A program made the position numbers and the translations under genes. From assembly GCF_000961095.1 (NCBI RefSeq), contig NZ_CP011058.1, positions 3,478,492-3,542,491 on the forward strand: a stretch of DNA of 64,000 nt. Direction: 5' to 3'. The DNA is from Paenibacillus beijingensis (GTDB lineage Bacteria > Bacillota > Bacilli > Paenibacillales > Paenibacillaceae). Below the pieces are notes generated by a model, which was not told where the DNA came from, did not search any database, and worked only from the letters and a program-made list of their open reading frames with translations. Position 1 is the first letter of the stretch; each line of letters opens with the position of its first letter. This document shows positions 1 to 10,213 of the stretch, piece after piece.

Positions 1-140
1 GGGACTGAACACTTCCAACACGGAGAAATGGGCGAAAGTGAACTTCCTGATCTCCGTCAACTATTTAATGATTGTCTTTTTGCTGATGATTGCAGATACG
101 AGCTGGTCCTAAACTGTCCGAAAGCGGGGGGGAAAGCTTG

Positions 141-773
141 ATGGCTTTCGCGCGTAAGCATGCTTTCAAAATTGCGGTTATCGCGCTGTGCGCGGCAATG
201 GGAGTTTATCTGCTTATGACGATGAGGGAGGATGCTCCGGCAAGCTTCCCCATGAACAACCCGGCACCGGAATTCGAGCTGGCCGACGCGCTTGGCGGCG
301 GGAAGGTGAAGCTGTCCGATTCGGCCGGCAAAGTAAGGCTTGTTTATTTTTACTGGTCGAACTGTCCCGACGTTTGTCCGGTAACGACATTTATACTGTC
401 CAAGGTGCAGGATGAGCTCAAGGCGAAAGGGCTGTTCGGCAGCAAGGCGGAGATCCAGTCGATCACGTTCGATCCGCAGCGCGATACGCCGGAAGCAATC
501 CGTAAGTACGCGGACAAGTTTCATGCGGATGCCGCAGGCTGGAAGTTTTTGCGCCATTCCGATGAATCGGCTTCCGCACAGCTTGTGAAGGATTTCGGTC
601 TTGGGCTGATGAAGGACGGTAAGGGGAATTTCACCCACAACGATTCCATCGTGCTCGTCGATCCGCAAGGCTCGATCCGGAAATATATTACCGGCGGAAT
701 GAACACGGAATTGACGGCGGAAGAGAACGCCAAGGCCATCGTTTCGGATGTCACGAAGCTGCTCGCTTATTAA
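141..773 (+). CDS. SCO family protein (SCO1/SenC-type thiol-disulfide, copper chaperone-like)
   Basis: CPDVCP thioredoxin-like motif and an N-terminal TM anchor. RBS GGGGGGAAAG precedes ATG 141. The ORF track gives 90..773 with an upstream alternative start. Confidence 0.75.
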   Translation: MAFARKHAFKIAVIALCAAMGVYLLMTMREDAPASFPMNNPAPEFELADALGGGKVKLSDSAGKVRLVYFYWSNCPDVCPVTTFILSKVQDELKAKGLFGSKAEIQSITFDPQRDTPEAIRKYADKFHADAAGWKFLRHSDESASAQLVKDFGLGLMKDGKGNFTHNDSIVLVDPQGSIRKYITGGMNTELTAEENAKAIVSDVTKLLAY

Positions 774-833
774 AACGAACCTGCTGCAGCCTGAAGGCGG
801 GGCATGGCGGCGGGGAAAAGGTGAACCGACGTC

Positions 834-1756
834 ATGATATTTTTATCGATATTATGGAACAATGTGCTGCCGCTCTCCATCATGATTGCGCTCGGAATCC
901 TTTTGCAGCGCATTTTTGCGCTCGACATTCGTACACTGTCAAAACTGAATTTTTATTTGTTTTCTCCGGCAGTCATATTCGATCTGCTCTATACGACCGA
1001 AATTTCGGCCGGGCTGATCGGCCAGGTGCTGTTGTTTGTGACCGTGTTTATGCTGCTGCAGTACGGACTTCTGGAAGCGGTTATCCGGCTGCGCGGTCTG
1101 CGCGGCGGATGCGCGCGACGATGCGCGGCAGCGTACTGTTCTATAACAGCGCCAATTACGGCATTCCGCTCAACCAGCTCGCTTTTGCCGGCAATCCGGT
1201 TACGCTCGCGGTTCAGGTGGTCATTATGATGGTGCAGTCGCTGCTCCCGAATACATACGGCATTTACAGCGTCAACGCCCACAAGAACGACATTCGGGCG
1301 ATCTGGCGCGTCATCGTTTCACAGCCGATTATTTATGTCATTCCGCTGGCCTTTGCGCTCCGCGGATTTTCAGTGCCGCTGCCGGGCTTTATCGAGACGC
1401 CGGTCGGGTATTTGGCGGACGCATTTATCGGAACCGCGCTCATTACGCTCGGCGTTCAGCTTGGCTCGATGAAGGGGATGGCGGGCCGCATTCGCACTGC
1501 GGACCTGCTGCTGTCGGTATCAGCAAGGCTTGTCGCAGGGCCGGCGCTCGCTGCGCTGACGGTATGGGCGCTTGGAATTGACGGCATCATTGCCCAGGCG
1601 CTGATCGTGTCATCAGCTGTTCCGACATCGCTGAGCAGCGTGCTGCTGGCCGTCGAATTCGACAATGAACCGGAATTTGCTTCGCAGGCGGTGCTGGCCT
1701 CGACCGTGCTCAGCATTTTCACCGTCACCCTTGTCATCGCGATGCTTCAAATTTGA
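834..1756 (+). pseudogene. AEC family transporter (auxin-efflux-carrier/malate permease-like), apparent frameshift
   Basis: The N-terminal membrane part reads in the frame of ORF 834..1229. The C-terminal part (VLFYNSANYGIP... to the end) reads in the frame of ORF 821..1756. The switch lies near 1100-1125, in a GC-rich GCGCGCG run. Confidence 0.5.
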
Positions 1757-2121
1757 TCTTCCTTCGTCCAGCGGATGGCCGAATCCGGCTCGGGATAACG
1801 TACATATTGCTCCAGCCCCGCCTTTTCAAGCTGCTCGATCAAATATTCGGGCGGCGTTTTCTCGACGCCGGGATAGCCTTTGCGGGTATAAATATGCTCG
1901 GCGTCCGGGAACAGATCGCGCAATATGCCGCGGATACGCTTGCCCGATGAATCGTTGTCGGTAAAAACATACACCTGCCGGTCGCCCACCTGCTTGCGCA
2001 GCGTTTCGAGCTGCTGTGTGCCGGGCGTACCATACGTGCAATAAATCGCAATCTCCTCACCCAGTACGAGCCTCAGCCGGCTGCGATCGTTTTTACCCTC
2101 CACAATGATGGCCGCCTCCAT
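1747..2121 (-). CDS. Toprim domain protein (YusF-like)
   Basis: 124 aa with the EGKNDRSRL and FTDNDSSG Toprim signature. Convergent with the AEC gene. Confidence 0.6.
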   Translation of the reverse strand: MEAAIIVEGKNDRSRLRLVLGEEIAIYCTYGTPGTQQLETLRKQVGDRQVYVFTDNDSSGKRIRGILRDLFPDAEHIYTRKGYPGVEKTPPEYLIEQLEKAGLEQYVRYPEPDSAIRWTKEDQI

Positions 2122-2186
2122 AAAAATCCGCTCCCTCTCCCGCGTATGTTAATCAATAGGGCTTGTCCTTATACATATACAAAAAA

Positions 2187-2210
2187 AGGCTTGCCCGCGC
2201 AAGCCTGAAA
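2187..2210 (-). terminator. rho-independent terminator (minus strand)
   Basis: AGGCTTGC-CCGC-GCAAGCCT hairpin followed by a T-run on the minus strand, after the small YjcZ-like gene. Confidence 0.5.
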
Positions 2211-2297
2211 ATCGGAATAAGATCCGTACAAGAGTTTTTTCTTCTATGGAAGGTTCGCTTGCAAAGAGAGGCAGGGGCGGTTAAGCCCCTGTCATTA

Positions 2298-2423
2298 ATA
2301 CCAGCAAATGGCGCTGAGGATAATGACCAGCAGGATGAACAAAACAAGAACAGTACCGGGAGTAGTACATACTCCACCAACGGCAGGGTATTGATCGTTA
2401 TCATGACCTTTTCCGTATGACAT
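2298..2423 (-). CDS. YjcZ family small sporulation protein (42 aa)
   Basis: MSYGKGHDNDQYPAVGGVCTTPGTVLVLFILLVIILSAICWY. The Gly-rich N-terminus, hydrophobic VLFILL core and short Cys/aromatic C-terminal tail are typical of the family. RBS GAGGGGTGA precedes ATG at 2423. It sits inside track ORF 2295..2546. Confidence 0.6.
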
Positions 2424-2552
2424 AGGTAAGTCACCCCTCTTACTCCGAATTAAATCGTCCGGCCCGATCGTGGAATGCTCCGCTCCCGAACCATCCGACA
2501 CAATGGTAGTATATGTACCCTGTAGATAGCCGCCCTGTGCAAACACCCAGGT

Positions 2553-3797
2553 TCAAGTAAAATGGGTGCGAGCGGATATTTTCCGTCCGCCGCCGTGAAA
2601 AGGCAGGAGCGTGACGGCAAGCATGAGAACAACGAACGAAATATAGTACGGGGATACGAGGTGCCGTAAATGTCCGGCGAGCATCGGGCCCAGAAAGGAA
2701 CCGACCGAAAACGCGATCGACAGAAAAGAAAACGTCCGGCCGTAACGCGAACTGCCGCTCAGCTCGATCAGCAGCGTGGACAAGGCGGGAAAAATGATTC
2801 CTTTGGCCATCCCGACCAGCAGCAGCATAAGGGCAAACGGTGCACCGACCCCAAAGGCAATTGCAAAATAAACAAGCGCCAGCATGAACGCCCCCCAGAG
2901 CGAGCGGCGGAAGGCGGACAGCCGGTTCAGGAACAGCATCGACAGCGTAATGAGCCCGCCCGCGCTGACAACGGAAAACAAGAGACCAGTCGTCATGATC
3001 CCTTCCTTGGTCGTATTCATGAGCGGCAGCTCAAACGAAAGAATGCCCTGGGAGCAGCTAAGCGCAACCGGGAGCAGAAATACAAGCCATGGATAGGAAC
3101 GGGACGAATCGCTTCCGTGCGGCAGCTCCGCTGCTGCCGGAGCGGTATGGGAGGCCAGCGAGAGTCTATTTCTGCCGGCGCGGCCGCCGCGTTCTGAACG
3201 GGGACCAATTGCGGCAGCTTTGCCGGGCTGGACGTTCGAATACGTCTCAGCCGGTTGATCTCGGACGAACAGCAGCGCGCATACGGCGGTTGCGATCAGG
3301 ATCCAGCCAAGCAGATAGAAGGCCATCGTGAACCCGAGCTTGGCAACCAGATAAGCACCGGCAGCGGGGGAGAAAACCGAAGCGAGCGTGTGCACCAGCC
3401 CGTTGCCGGCCATCAGCTTCCCCTGCTGCTCGCTGCTGCGGGCCATCCGCGCGAGCAGCGCCATGCAGGCTGGAGAAAGGAAAGCCAGCACAAAGCCGCT
3501 GATCGAGCGGAGCACGAGCAGCTGCCACGGATTGGCGGCGCGCGATTGCAGCAGCAGAATAATGCCCGCTCCGAGCAGGCTGAATACAATGAACATACGG
3601 CTGCCGTAACGGTCGACGCTGAAGCCGGCAATCATGTTGCCGGGCAGATGGGTGATGGAATATAAACCCATCATCAGCCCGATAAATGACGGAGCGGCGC
3701 CAAGCGAAACGGCGTACGGCGTCAGAATAGGGTACTGGGCATGAAGATCGAAGAACGCAACGAACAGAAACAGGTAAAGCCACACGGCCGTTTTCAT
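2553..3797 (-). CDS. MFS transporter
   Basis: 414 aa with 12 predicted TM helices and a central loop. MFS-like DRYGSR motif. Confidence 0.8.
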   Translation of the reverse strand: MKTAVWLYLFLFVAFFDLHAQYPILTPYAVSLGAAPSFIGLMMGLYSITHLPGNMIAGFSVDRYGSRMFIVFSLLGAGIILLLQSRAANPWQLLVLRSISGFVLAFLSPACMALLARMARSSEQQGKLMAGNGLVHTLASVFSPAAGAYLVAKLGFTMAFYLLGWILIATAVCALLFVRDQPAETYSNVQPGKAAAIGPRSERGGRAGRNRLSLASHTAPAAAELPHGSDSSRSYPWLVFLLPVALSCSQGILSFELPLMNTTKEGIMTTGLLFSVVSAGGLITLSMLFLNRLSAFRRSLWGAFMLALVYFAIAFGVGAPFALMLLLVGMAKGIIFPALSTLLIELSGSSRYGRTFSFLSIAFSVGSFLGPMLAGHLRHLVSPYYISFVVLMLAVTLLPFHGGGRKISARTHFT

Positions 3798-3967
3798 GCT
3801 TAGCCTCCTTTCTTATTCACCACACTTACTTGTACGTGGACAGGGGGCCGGATATGTCTACCGCTTCCGTCCCCGCTTCCCGGCAGCGTTTACGCTCTGT
3901 CCCCTGTAGGTTATAATGGGAGGTAAATGAATTTTTTTTGTAAAACCAGAGGGGGTACTTCAAAGCA

Positions 3968-4405
3968 ATGGATATACAATACGATTGGACGACATGGAGT
4001 CAGTTTTTCAAGGAAAACTGGATCGTGCTCGCAGTGGCTCTCGTCATTTTGCTGGCCGTGATCGGCATTGTGAAGACAGTCGCCAAGTGGGCGCTCGTGG
4101 CGGTCATCGTAATCGGCATCGTTGTTTACAGCGGATACAACCTGCAGGATTTGAAGGATTTGGGCACGAAGGTGACGGACTCGGTCAAGGAGCAGGCGGT
4201 TAATGCGATGATCGGGGAAGCGCAGGATGCCACTTATACGAATAACGGCGACGGCACATACACCGTCAAAACGAAAAACGTCGAATTAACGGGCAAAATT
4301 GGGGGCAGCGAGGTAGCCGTATCGTATCGCGGCACTTCGCTCGGCACCTGGAAAATAGATCAAACGATTCGAGGATTGATTGACCGGGCCAAAAACGATG
4401 TATAA
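3968..4405 (+). CDS. hypothetical membrane-anchored protein
   Basis: 145 aa with one N-terminal TM segment, no recognisable domain. Confidence 0.4.
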   Translation: MDIQYDWTTWSQFFKENWIVLAVALVILLAVIGIVKTVAKWALVAVIVIGIVVYSGYNLQDLKDLGTKVTDSVKEQAVNAMIGEAQDATYTNNGDGTYTVKTKNVELTGKIGGSEVAVSYRGTSLGTWKIDQTIRGLIDRAKNDV

Positions 4406-4423
4406 CCGCACGGCTTCCAGGAG

Positions 4424-5590
4424 GTGCTTGACATGACATCATGGGCGGATATGCTGCTGAAGTTGGAACCGGTTGCGCTGCTTGTGCTGCTGATCCTGCT
4501 CGGATCGTTTATGCAGGGATTGTTCCGCGGCGCTTCCGGTTCGGCAAACCGGCTGTTTATATTTTTGTGGGAGGGCGTGCTGCTGGTCGTCTCCCTCTTT
4601 CTGGCCGGAAGGATTGCGGGGGCTGCTTCTGCGCCCGTCCGCAATTGGCTGATGGCAAGCGTAGAGGTTCCCGCCCGGCAGCTCGGCGCTTTGGAACAAG
4701 CATGGTATACGTTCGCCACAAGCGTTCGCGACTTCGCGATGCTTCGTTTCGGCGTTTTGTTTCTGATCGCTTACATGCTGCTGCGGTTTCTGTTTTCTTT
4801 TCTGAGTCCGCTCGCCTGGATGCTCTTTGCCGGCCTGTCCGGCGGCCTGAAGGCGGGGGAGAAGACGATTCCGGGAGGGCGGGTCATCAGCAGGCTGACC
4901 GGCGCGCTGATCGGCGTGCTGCATGGGGCTGCCCGCTCGCTCGTACTGATCGCGATATTGTTCATCTATGTTTCCTTGTTCCCGGTCGCTCCGTTTACGG
5001 ACGGCATTAAAGCTTCCCCGGTATATAAAGAAGCGTCCGCGAAGCTGCTGCAGCCGGTAGCGGGACAAGTGTTAGAGAAGAGCGGACCGGTCATTACGAA
5101 GGCGGTCGGCGATGAATTTCAACAAATCTTGCAGCGCAAGTATGAAATTATCGATTATAACATTCCGTCCGATATTAACGGCGCCGCCAAAGAGATCGTC
5201 AATGGGAAACAGACGGACGAGGAGCGGGCGCGCGCTCTTTATGACTGGCTCGGCGATCGCATCGCCTACGATTGGGATAAGGCGAACAACTATATTAACA
5301 ACGGCGTTTGGAAGGAGCAGACGCCCGAGGAGACGTTTGCGACGCGCAAGGGCGTCTGCATCGATACGGCGCGCCTGTATGCGGTAATGGCGCGGTCGGT
5401 CGGCCTTGAAGTGCGCGTCGTCACCGGTCAAGGTGCGGACGGCAGGGGCGGCTTTGGTCCGCATGCCTGGAACGAAGTGAAGCTGGCGGACGACGGCGGC
5501 AGGTGGGTTCCGCTGGACGCGACATGGGCTTCCTCCGGCGACTGGTTCGACACGCCCGATTTTGACAAAACCCATTTTCGGGAAGTGTAG
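4424..5590 (+). CDS. CvpA-like membrane domain plus transglutaminase-like domain protein
   Basis: N-terminal multi-TM region. The C-terminal Cys...His...Asp transglutaminase core is present (KGVCIDTARLYAV, HAWNEV, D). Confidence 0.65.
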   Translation: MLDMTSWADMLLKLEPVALLVLLILLGSFMQGLFRGASGSANRLFIFLWEGVLLVVSLFLAGRIAGAASAPVRNWLMASVEVPARQLGALEQAWYTFATSVRDFAMLRFGVLFLIAYMLLRFLFSFLSPLAWMLFAGLSGGLKAGEKTIPGGRVISRLTGALIGVLHGAARSLVLIAILFIYVSLFPVAPFTDGIKASPVYKEASAKLLQPVAGQVLEKSGPVITKAVGDEFQQILQRKYEIIDYNIPSDINGAAKEIVNGKQTDEERARALYDWLGDRIAYDWDKANNYINNGVWKEQTPEETFATRKGVCIDTARLYAVMARSVGLEVRVVTGQGADGRGGFGPHAWNEVKLADDGGRWVPLDATWASSGDWFDTPDFDKTHFREV

Positions 5591-5731
5591 CGAAAGTTCC
5601 GGGGGATTCTGCCGTATCTCGGCAAAACCGAATGGAGACCAGAATCGTTATTGTATCAAGATGTCATTCGATCAGGGATATTGAGATCAATATTGGTTTA
5701 TTGCGAATGCAGCAAGGAGTGATCAGTTCAA

Positions 5732-7846
5732 GTGCATGAAGATGATCCGCAGAAGCGGGATGTCGTTAACCGGCGAAATTTCTCGCTGCGGTTGAACGTG
5801 TTTTTTTTCGCCGCGTTTTTTCTATTCAGCGTTCTTATTGTGCGGCTGGCGATTTTGCAGTTTGTAGAGGGACCTTCTCTTTCCAAGGAAGAGAGCAGCA
5901 TGGGAACCCGGAATGTGAAAATTCCGCCCATCCGCGGCGACATTTACGATTCATCGGGCTACCCGATTGCGTATTCGACGTCGACGCAGTCGCTTTATTT
6001 TACGATCCAGACCGGATTCAAGACGGAGGAAGCCAAGTCGCTCGCCAACAAGCTGGAAGCCGCATTTACCAAATACGGCAATCCGGCGAAAGCGATGACG
6101 GTCGACGACATCATCCGGCAGATGGATTTGGGTTTCAAGCAGAACACGGTATCCGTTCCGCGCCGGATTAAGTCGGGCCTCACCAACGAAGAAATCGCCT
6201 ACTTTTCGGAGCACAGGGACGAATTTCCGAGCATCGACATCGTCGAGGAGAGCGTCCGCAATTACGACAAAAGCACGATCGCGGTCCAGCTCGTCGGTTA
6301 TTTGAAGAAGTACAGGGGCGTCAAAGACAGCGTCGACAAGTATAAGGAAATGAAGGCCGAGGAAGACCCCAAGCTTCAATATCTCGATGACGAAGAGGTC
6401 GGCATGGACGGTCTGGAAATGCTGTACCAGGACGTGCTGCGCGGCAAGAACGGGTTGAAATCGTATCCGGTCAACGCTGCCAGCCGCATCATCGGGCCGG
6501 TGCAAATTACGAACCCTGAGCGGGGAGACGATCTGTACCTGACCTTGAACAAAAACGTTCAAATGGCGGCCGAGCAGGCGATCACCGACCAGCTCTACAA
6601 GCTGAAGCATGCGACGAGCGTGCCCCTAAGAGAGGGAAACCAGGCGACGACCGGCTATGCGGTGGCGATGGAAGTAAAGACCGGCAAAGTGATCGCGATG
6701 GCGAGCATGCCGGATTATGATCCGAATGTATGGTCCGGCGGCAAAATCAGTCAGGAGGATCTGAAAAACATCCAGTACTTTCAGTCAAACGGCGCGATCC
6801 GTCAAGTATACCCGCCTTACGACGATGCGAAGCAGCGCAACCGTCATCCGTCTTCGCTGGTGCCGCTCGGATCGACGCAAAAACCGTTGACGGTGCTGAT
6901 CGGATTGAAAGAGGATCTGTATTCGACGGATTTTGTATATCATGATTCCGGCGTGTTCTCGTTCGGTAAAAAAGGGTACCAGGTATCCGTTCGCAACTCT
7001 TCCAATCACGCATACGGTCCCATCGACCCGGCGATGTCAATCGCCCACTCCTCCAACACGTTCATGTCGGAGATGATCGGCAACAAGCTGTACATGAAAT
7101 ACGGCAGAAAAGGCGTCGACATTTGGGACGGCTACGTCAAGCAGTTCGGCCTGGGCGTCTCGACGGAAAGCGGGCTGCCGGGCGAGTCCAAAGGCGTCGT
7201 CGATTATTACCACGAAGCCGACAGCGGCAGCGCGCAATCGGCGCTCATTTATGCCTCGTTCGGCCAGCAGGGCCGTTATACGGCGCTGCAGCTGGCGCAA
7301 TATGCGGCGGCGCTCGGCAGCCGCGGCAAGCGGATGCAGCCGCAGTTCGTGAACGAAATCAAGGATGCGGACGGCAATGTCGTTCAGTCGTTTAAGCCGA
7401 AAGTGCTTAACTCGGTGACGTATCCGGATTCGTACTGGAACGAGATTTTCCGCGGCATGTCGAAAGTTTCGGTGCAGGGCTTTGATGGCGCGAACTACTC
7501 GTTCCTGCGTAAAACCGGTACGTCCGAGCAAGATGTAGGCGACCGCAAAAAGGTCGAAAACGCCGTATTTATCGCACTGGCCCCGGCGGAGAATCCGGTA
7601 ATCGCCGTGTCGGTCGTCATTCCCGACGGCGGCTTCGGCGGATACGGCGCCGCTCCTGTCGCGCGGCAAATTATCGACGCTTACGACGATTACATCGGCC
7701 TGAACGGAACGCCGCGCAAGGCGGCGAACGCGCCCGCCTCGGGCGGGGCAGCGGGCAACGCTTCGGCAGGCACGGCCCCGGCAGGCACGGCGGCAACCGG
7801 TACGGCTAACACTGATACGGCCGCAGCGGCGGGGGCGGCTCGTTAA
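5732..7846 (+). CDS. penicillin-binding protein 2 / peptidoglycan D,D-transpeptidase (FtsI/SpoVD family)
   Basis: GTG start with RBS AAGGAGTGA. N-terminal TM and a dimerisation domain. SXXK appears as GSTQKP, and an SXN motif is present. Ala/Gly/Thr-rich C-terminal tail. Confidence 0.85.
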   Translation: MHEDDPQKRDVVNRRNFSLRLNVFFFAAFFLFSVLIVRLAILQFVEGPSLSKEESSMGTRNVKIPPIRGDIYDSSGYPIAYSTSTQSLYFTIQTGFKTEEAKSLANKLEAAFTKYGNPAKAMTVDDIIRQMDLGFKQNTVSVPRRIKSGLTNEEIAYFSEHRDEFPSIDIVEESVRNYDKSTIAVQLVGYLKKYRGVKDSVDKYKEMKAEEDPKLQYLDDEEVGMDGLEMLYQDVLRGKNGLKSYPVNAASRIIGPVQITNPERGDDLYLTLNKNVQMAAEQAITDQLYKLKHATSVPLREGNQATTGYAVAMEVKTGKVIAMASMPDYDPNVWSGGKISQEDLKNIQYFQSNGAIRQVYPPYDDAKQRNRHPSSLVPLGSTQKPLTVLIGLKEDLYSTDFVYHDSGVFSFGKKGYQVSVRNSSNHAYGPIDPAMSIAHSSNTFMSEMIGNKLYMKYGRKGVDIWDGYVKQFGLGVSTESGLPGESKGVVDYYHEADSGSAQSALIYASFGQQGRYTALQLAQYAAALGSRGKRMQPQFVNEIKDADGNVVQSFKPKVLNSVTYPDSYWNEIFRGMSKVSVQGFDGANYSFLRKTGTSEQDVGDRKKVENAVFIALAPAENPVIAVSVVIPDGGFGGYGAAPVARQIIDAYDDYIGLNGTPRKAANAPASGGAAGNASAGTAPAGTAATGTANTDTAAAAGAAR

Positions 7847-7905
7847 ACTCCGGCAATTGCAAGCAGATGACCCGGCGAATGTTGGATAAGCATCAACGAT
7901 CGTAC

Positions 7906-7950
7906 TGCCCTTCGAACGCTGCAATCGTTCTGCACCGAAGGGGTAATTTT
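7906..7950 (+). terminator. rho-independent terminator after the PBP gene
   Basis: Nested hairpin CCCTTCG...CGAAGGG followed by TAATTTTT. Confidence 0.5.
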
Positions 7951-8148
7951 TGAAATACATGCGATCGTACATCTTTTTTCTTTTTATATCAAGACTTTGT
8001 TAAAATTCCTCCAAAACCGAAACTACTTTTTTTGTCAACTCCATCTCACGTTCAGGCCATAAAAGCCTGGAATTCCTGTACGATCAGGTATTCTCTCCAG
8101 ACATGAGATTTCGATGGATAAAGCCTGCACCGATGCAGGTTTAGCGAA

Positions 8149-8205
8149 GGACCTCCAATTCACCCCGCTTTGCCGGCGGTGTGAATTGGAGGTCCTTTTG
8201 CGTCA
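8149..8205 (+). terminator. strong hairpin plus T-run with no upstream CDS
   Basis: GGACCTCCAATTCACCCC...GGTGTGAATTGGAGGTCC, an 18-bp perfect stem, followed by TTTTG. Confidence 0.5.
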
Positions 8206-8922
8206 ATAGAGGATGTTCCGAAATTGACGATACCAGAGGGATAGGGTATCTCGTCTACTTTACCCATCCAAGCGGAATGATTACAATGTTTCTCAAGCAG
8301 AATCGACGCACAGTAACTTGGACCTATAACGTTTGCTTAACTTTTACTGCTTCCGGTTCGTCGTATCGGTTAAGAACGTTGCGGATTGGCGTGAACAAAG
8401 ATCCGAGGAACGCATCCCTGAGGACGTCGCATGGCAATTGATCTTGACGGGGATGGATTGGTTCTGATGCGACCACCTGAAGGGGCAGGGAAGCAGTGAG
8501 GAGGAAAGTGAGAAGTAAAGCAGTTGCCAACCTTTTTTGCAGCACGGTCTATCCCTCCTTTGATGGAGTTATTTTACTCCCGACAGACTAAGAATATCCA
8601 GTCGCTTGTCAGAACCCCGATGCGGCCATTTTGACTTGTATTAATGAGTTTGCTGGTTACAGCCTTCGTACGTCTTACCGGAAACAGAGCGGAGCGGTCC
8701 GTTCTGTTCTATTCTGTTTTTTTCATTTCAGCGTGCCAAAATCGAATCATATAACGCCAAAATAGGTAAGCGTATTCAACTGACGGTGGAGCTATAATGG
8801 ACATGAGCCGAATGGAACGAAGATCACCCGGCCGATCCTTCGAACGGGCATTTACCGAGTCTTCCGTTTAAAATCCTTGCGAATTGTGATAAAATGGCTC
8901 TAACAGTCGCTAGGAGGATACA

Positions 8923-9699
8923 ATGGGAAATTATAAACTGCTCGCACTCGATATGGACGGTACACTGCTCAATGACGAACAAATGATCAGCGAAGAAAAC
9001 CGCGTTTGGATTCATAAGGCGCTTGATGCCGGCGTGACGGTAAGCTTTTCGACCGGACGAGGCTTCCAAAGCGCGCTTCCTTTCGCCGAAATGCTCGGGC
9101 TTGACACGCCGATGATTACGGTCAACGGCAGCGAAATTTGGAGCAAGCCGCACGTGCTTCACCGGCGGACGCTGATGAATCCGGGAGACATGAAGCGGAT
9201 GCACAAGCTGGCGCTCCAGTACGGAGAGCCGTGGTATTGGGCTTACTCGGTTGAAGGTATTTTCAACAAGGAGAAATGGATCCGGCCGGAGGAAGAGTAC
9301 GACCATTATCACTGGCTCAAGTTCGGTTTTTATACCGAGAACGATTTCACCCGCAAGGCGCTCCGGGAGGAACTGGAGAGCTGGGGGGCGTTCGAAATTA
9401 CGAACTCCTCTCCATACAACCTGGAAATGAATCCGCTCGGCGTTTCGAAGGCAACTGCGGTTCGCGAGCTGTGCGGGCTGCTCGGCATCGAGATGTCGCA
9501 GGCGATTGCCGTAGGCGACAGCTTGAACGATATCGCGGCAATCCGCGAGGCCGGACTCGGCGTCGCGATGGGCAACGCGCAGGATGCGGTGAAGGAAGCC
9601 GCTGATGCCGTGACGCTGACGAACAACGAGCACGGCGTGGCCGAAGTGATCCGCAAATTCATTTTCGAAGAGAATGCTTCTTATGAACGTAACGCTTGA
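8923..9699 (+). CDS. Cof-type HAD-IIB family hydrolase (sugar-phosphate phosphatase)
   Basis: LALDMDGTLL motif I. RBS AGGAGGA upstream. Confidence 0.85.
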   Translation: MGNYKLLALDMDGTLLNDEQMISEENRVWIHKALDAGVTVSFSTGRGFQSALPFAEMLGLDTPMITVNGSEIWSKPHVLHRRTLMNPGDMKRMHKLALQYGEPWYWAYSVEGIFNKEKWIRPEEEYDHYHWLKFGFYTENDFTRKALREELESWGAFEITNSSPYNLEMNPLGVSKATAVRELCGLLGIEMSQAIAVGDSLNDIAAIREAGLGVAMGNAQDAVKEAADAVTLTNNEHGVAEVIRKFIFEENASYERNA

Positions 9700-10174
9700 A
9701 ATCATCGGCTGGGTGCTGGTAGTCGCGCTGTTTGCGGTCGGGATGGCCGGAGCGGTCTATCCGATTTTACCGGGTGCGCTTGCGATTTATGCCGCTTTTT
9801 TCGTCTACGGTCTGTTCCTCGGCTTTGGGGAATTCGGCGTTGTGTTCTGGACGCTGCAAACGCTCATTGTCGCCATTCTGTTCATTGCCGATTACGCCGT
9901 CGGGGCATGGGGCGTGAAGAAATACGGCGGCTCCAAAGCTTCGGTTTACGGCAGCACCATCGGCATTATTATTGGTCCGTTCGTCATTCCCGGCTTCGGG
10001 CTGCTGCTTGGACCGCTGCTGGGAGCCGTTATCGGCGAGCTGATCGCCGGCTCGGATTTCAAGCAATCCGTGAAGGTCGGCTTCGGCGCGGTGGTCGGTT
10101 TGTTCACGAGCACCGTCGTCAAAATTATTTTGCAGCTGGTCATGATCATCCTGTTTATCATTTGGATTATTTAA
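9674..10174 (+). CDS. DUF456 family membrane protein
   Basis: 166 aa, Gly-rich, four TM helices. Overlaps the end of the HAD gene. Confidence 0.6.
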   Translation: MLLMNVTLEIIGWVLVVALFAVGMAGAVYPILPGALAIYAAFFVYGLFLGFGEFGVVFWTLQTLIVAILFIADYAVGAWGVKKYGGSKASVYGSTIGIIIGPFVIPGFGLLLGPLLGAVIGELIAGSDFKQSVKVGFGAVVGLFTSTVVKIILQLVMIILFIIWII

Positions 10175-10213
10175 TCCTCATTCAATCAGACCATTTAAAA
10201 GGAGATCATACAC

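Noticed and set aside
57-668. 203-aa minus-strand ORF
   Set aside because: Entirely antisense to the well-supported SCO1 gene. No RBS or domain, typical high-GC shadow ORF.
4439-5068. overlapping 209-aa (-) and 189-aa (+) ORFs inside the transglutaminase gene
   Set aside because: Shadow ORFs in GC-rich coding sequence.
7037-7972. 311-aa minus-strand ORF overlapping the PBP 3' end
   Set aside because: Arg/Ala-rich shadow of a GC-rich coding region. The PBP call is far stronger.
8324-8545. 73-aa minus-strand ORF with a signal-peptide-like N-terminus
   Set aside because: Plausible small secreted protein, but no RBS check and no homology. Too weak to call.
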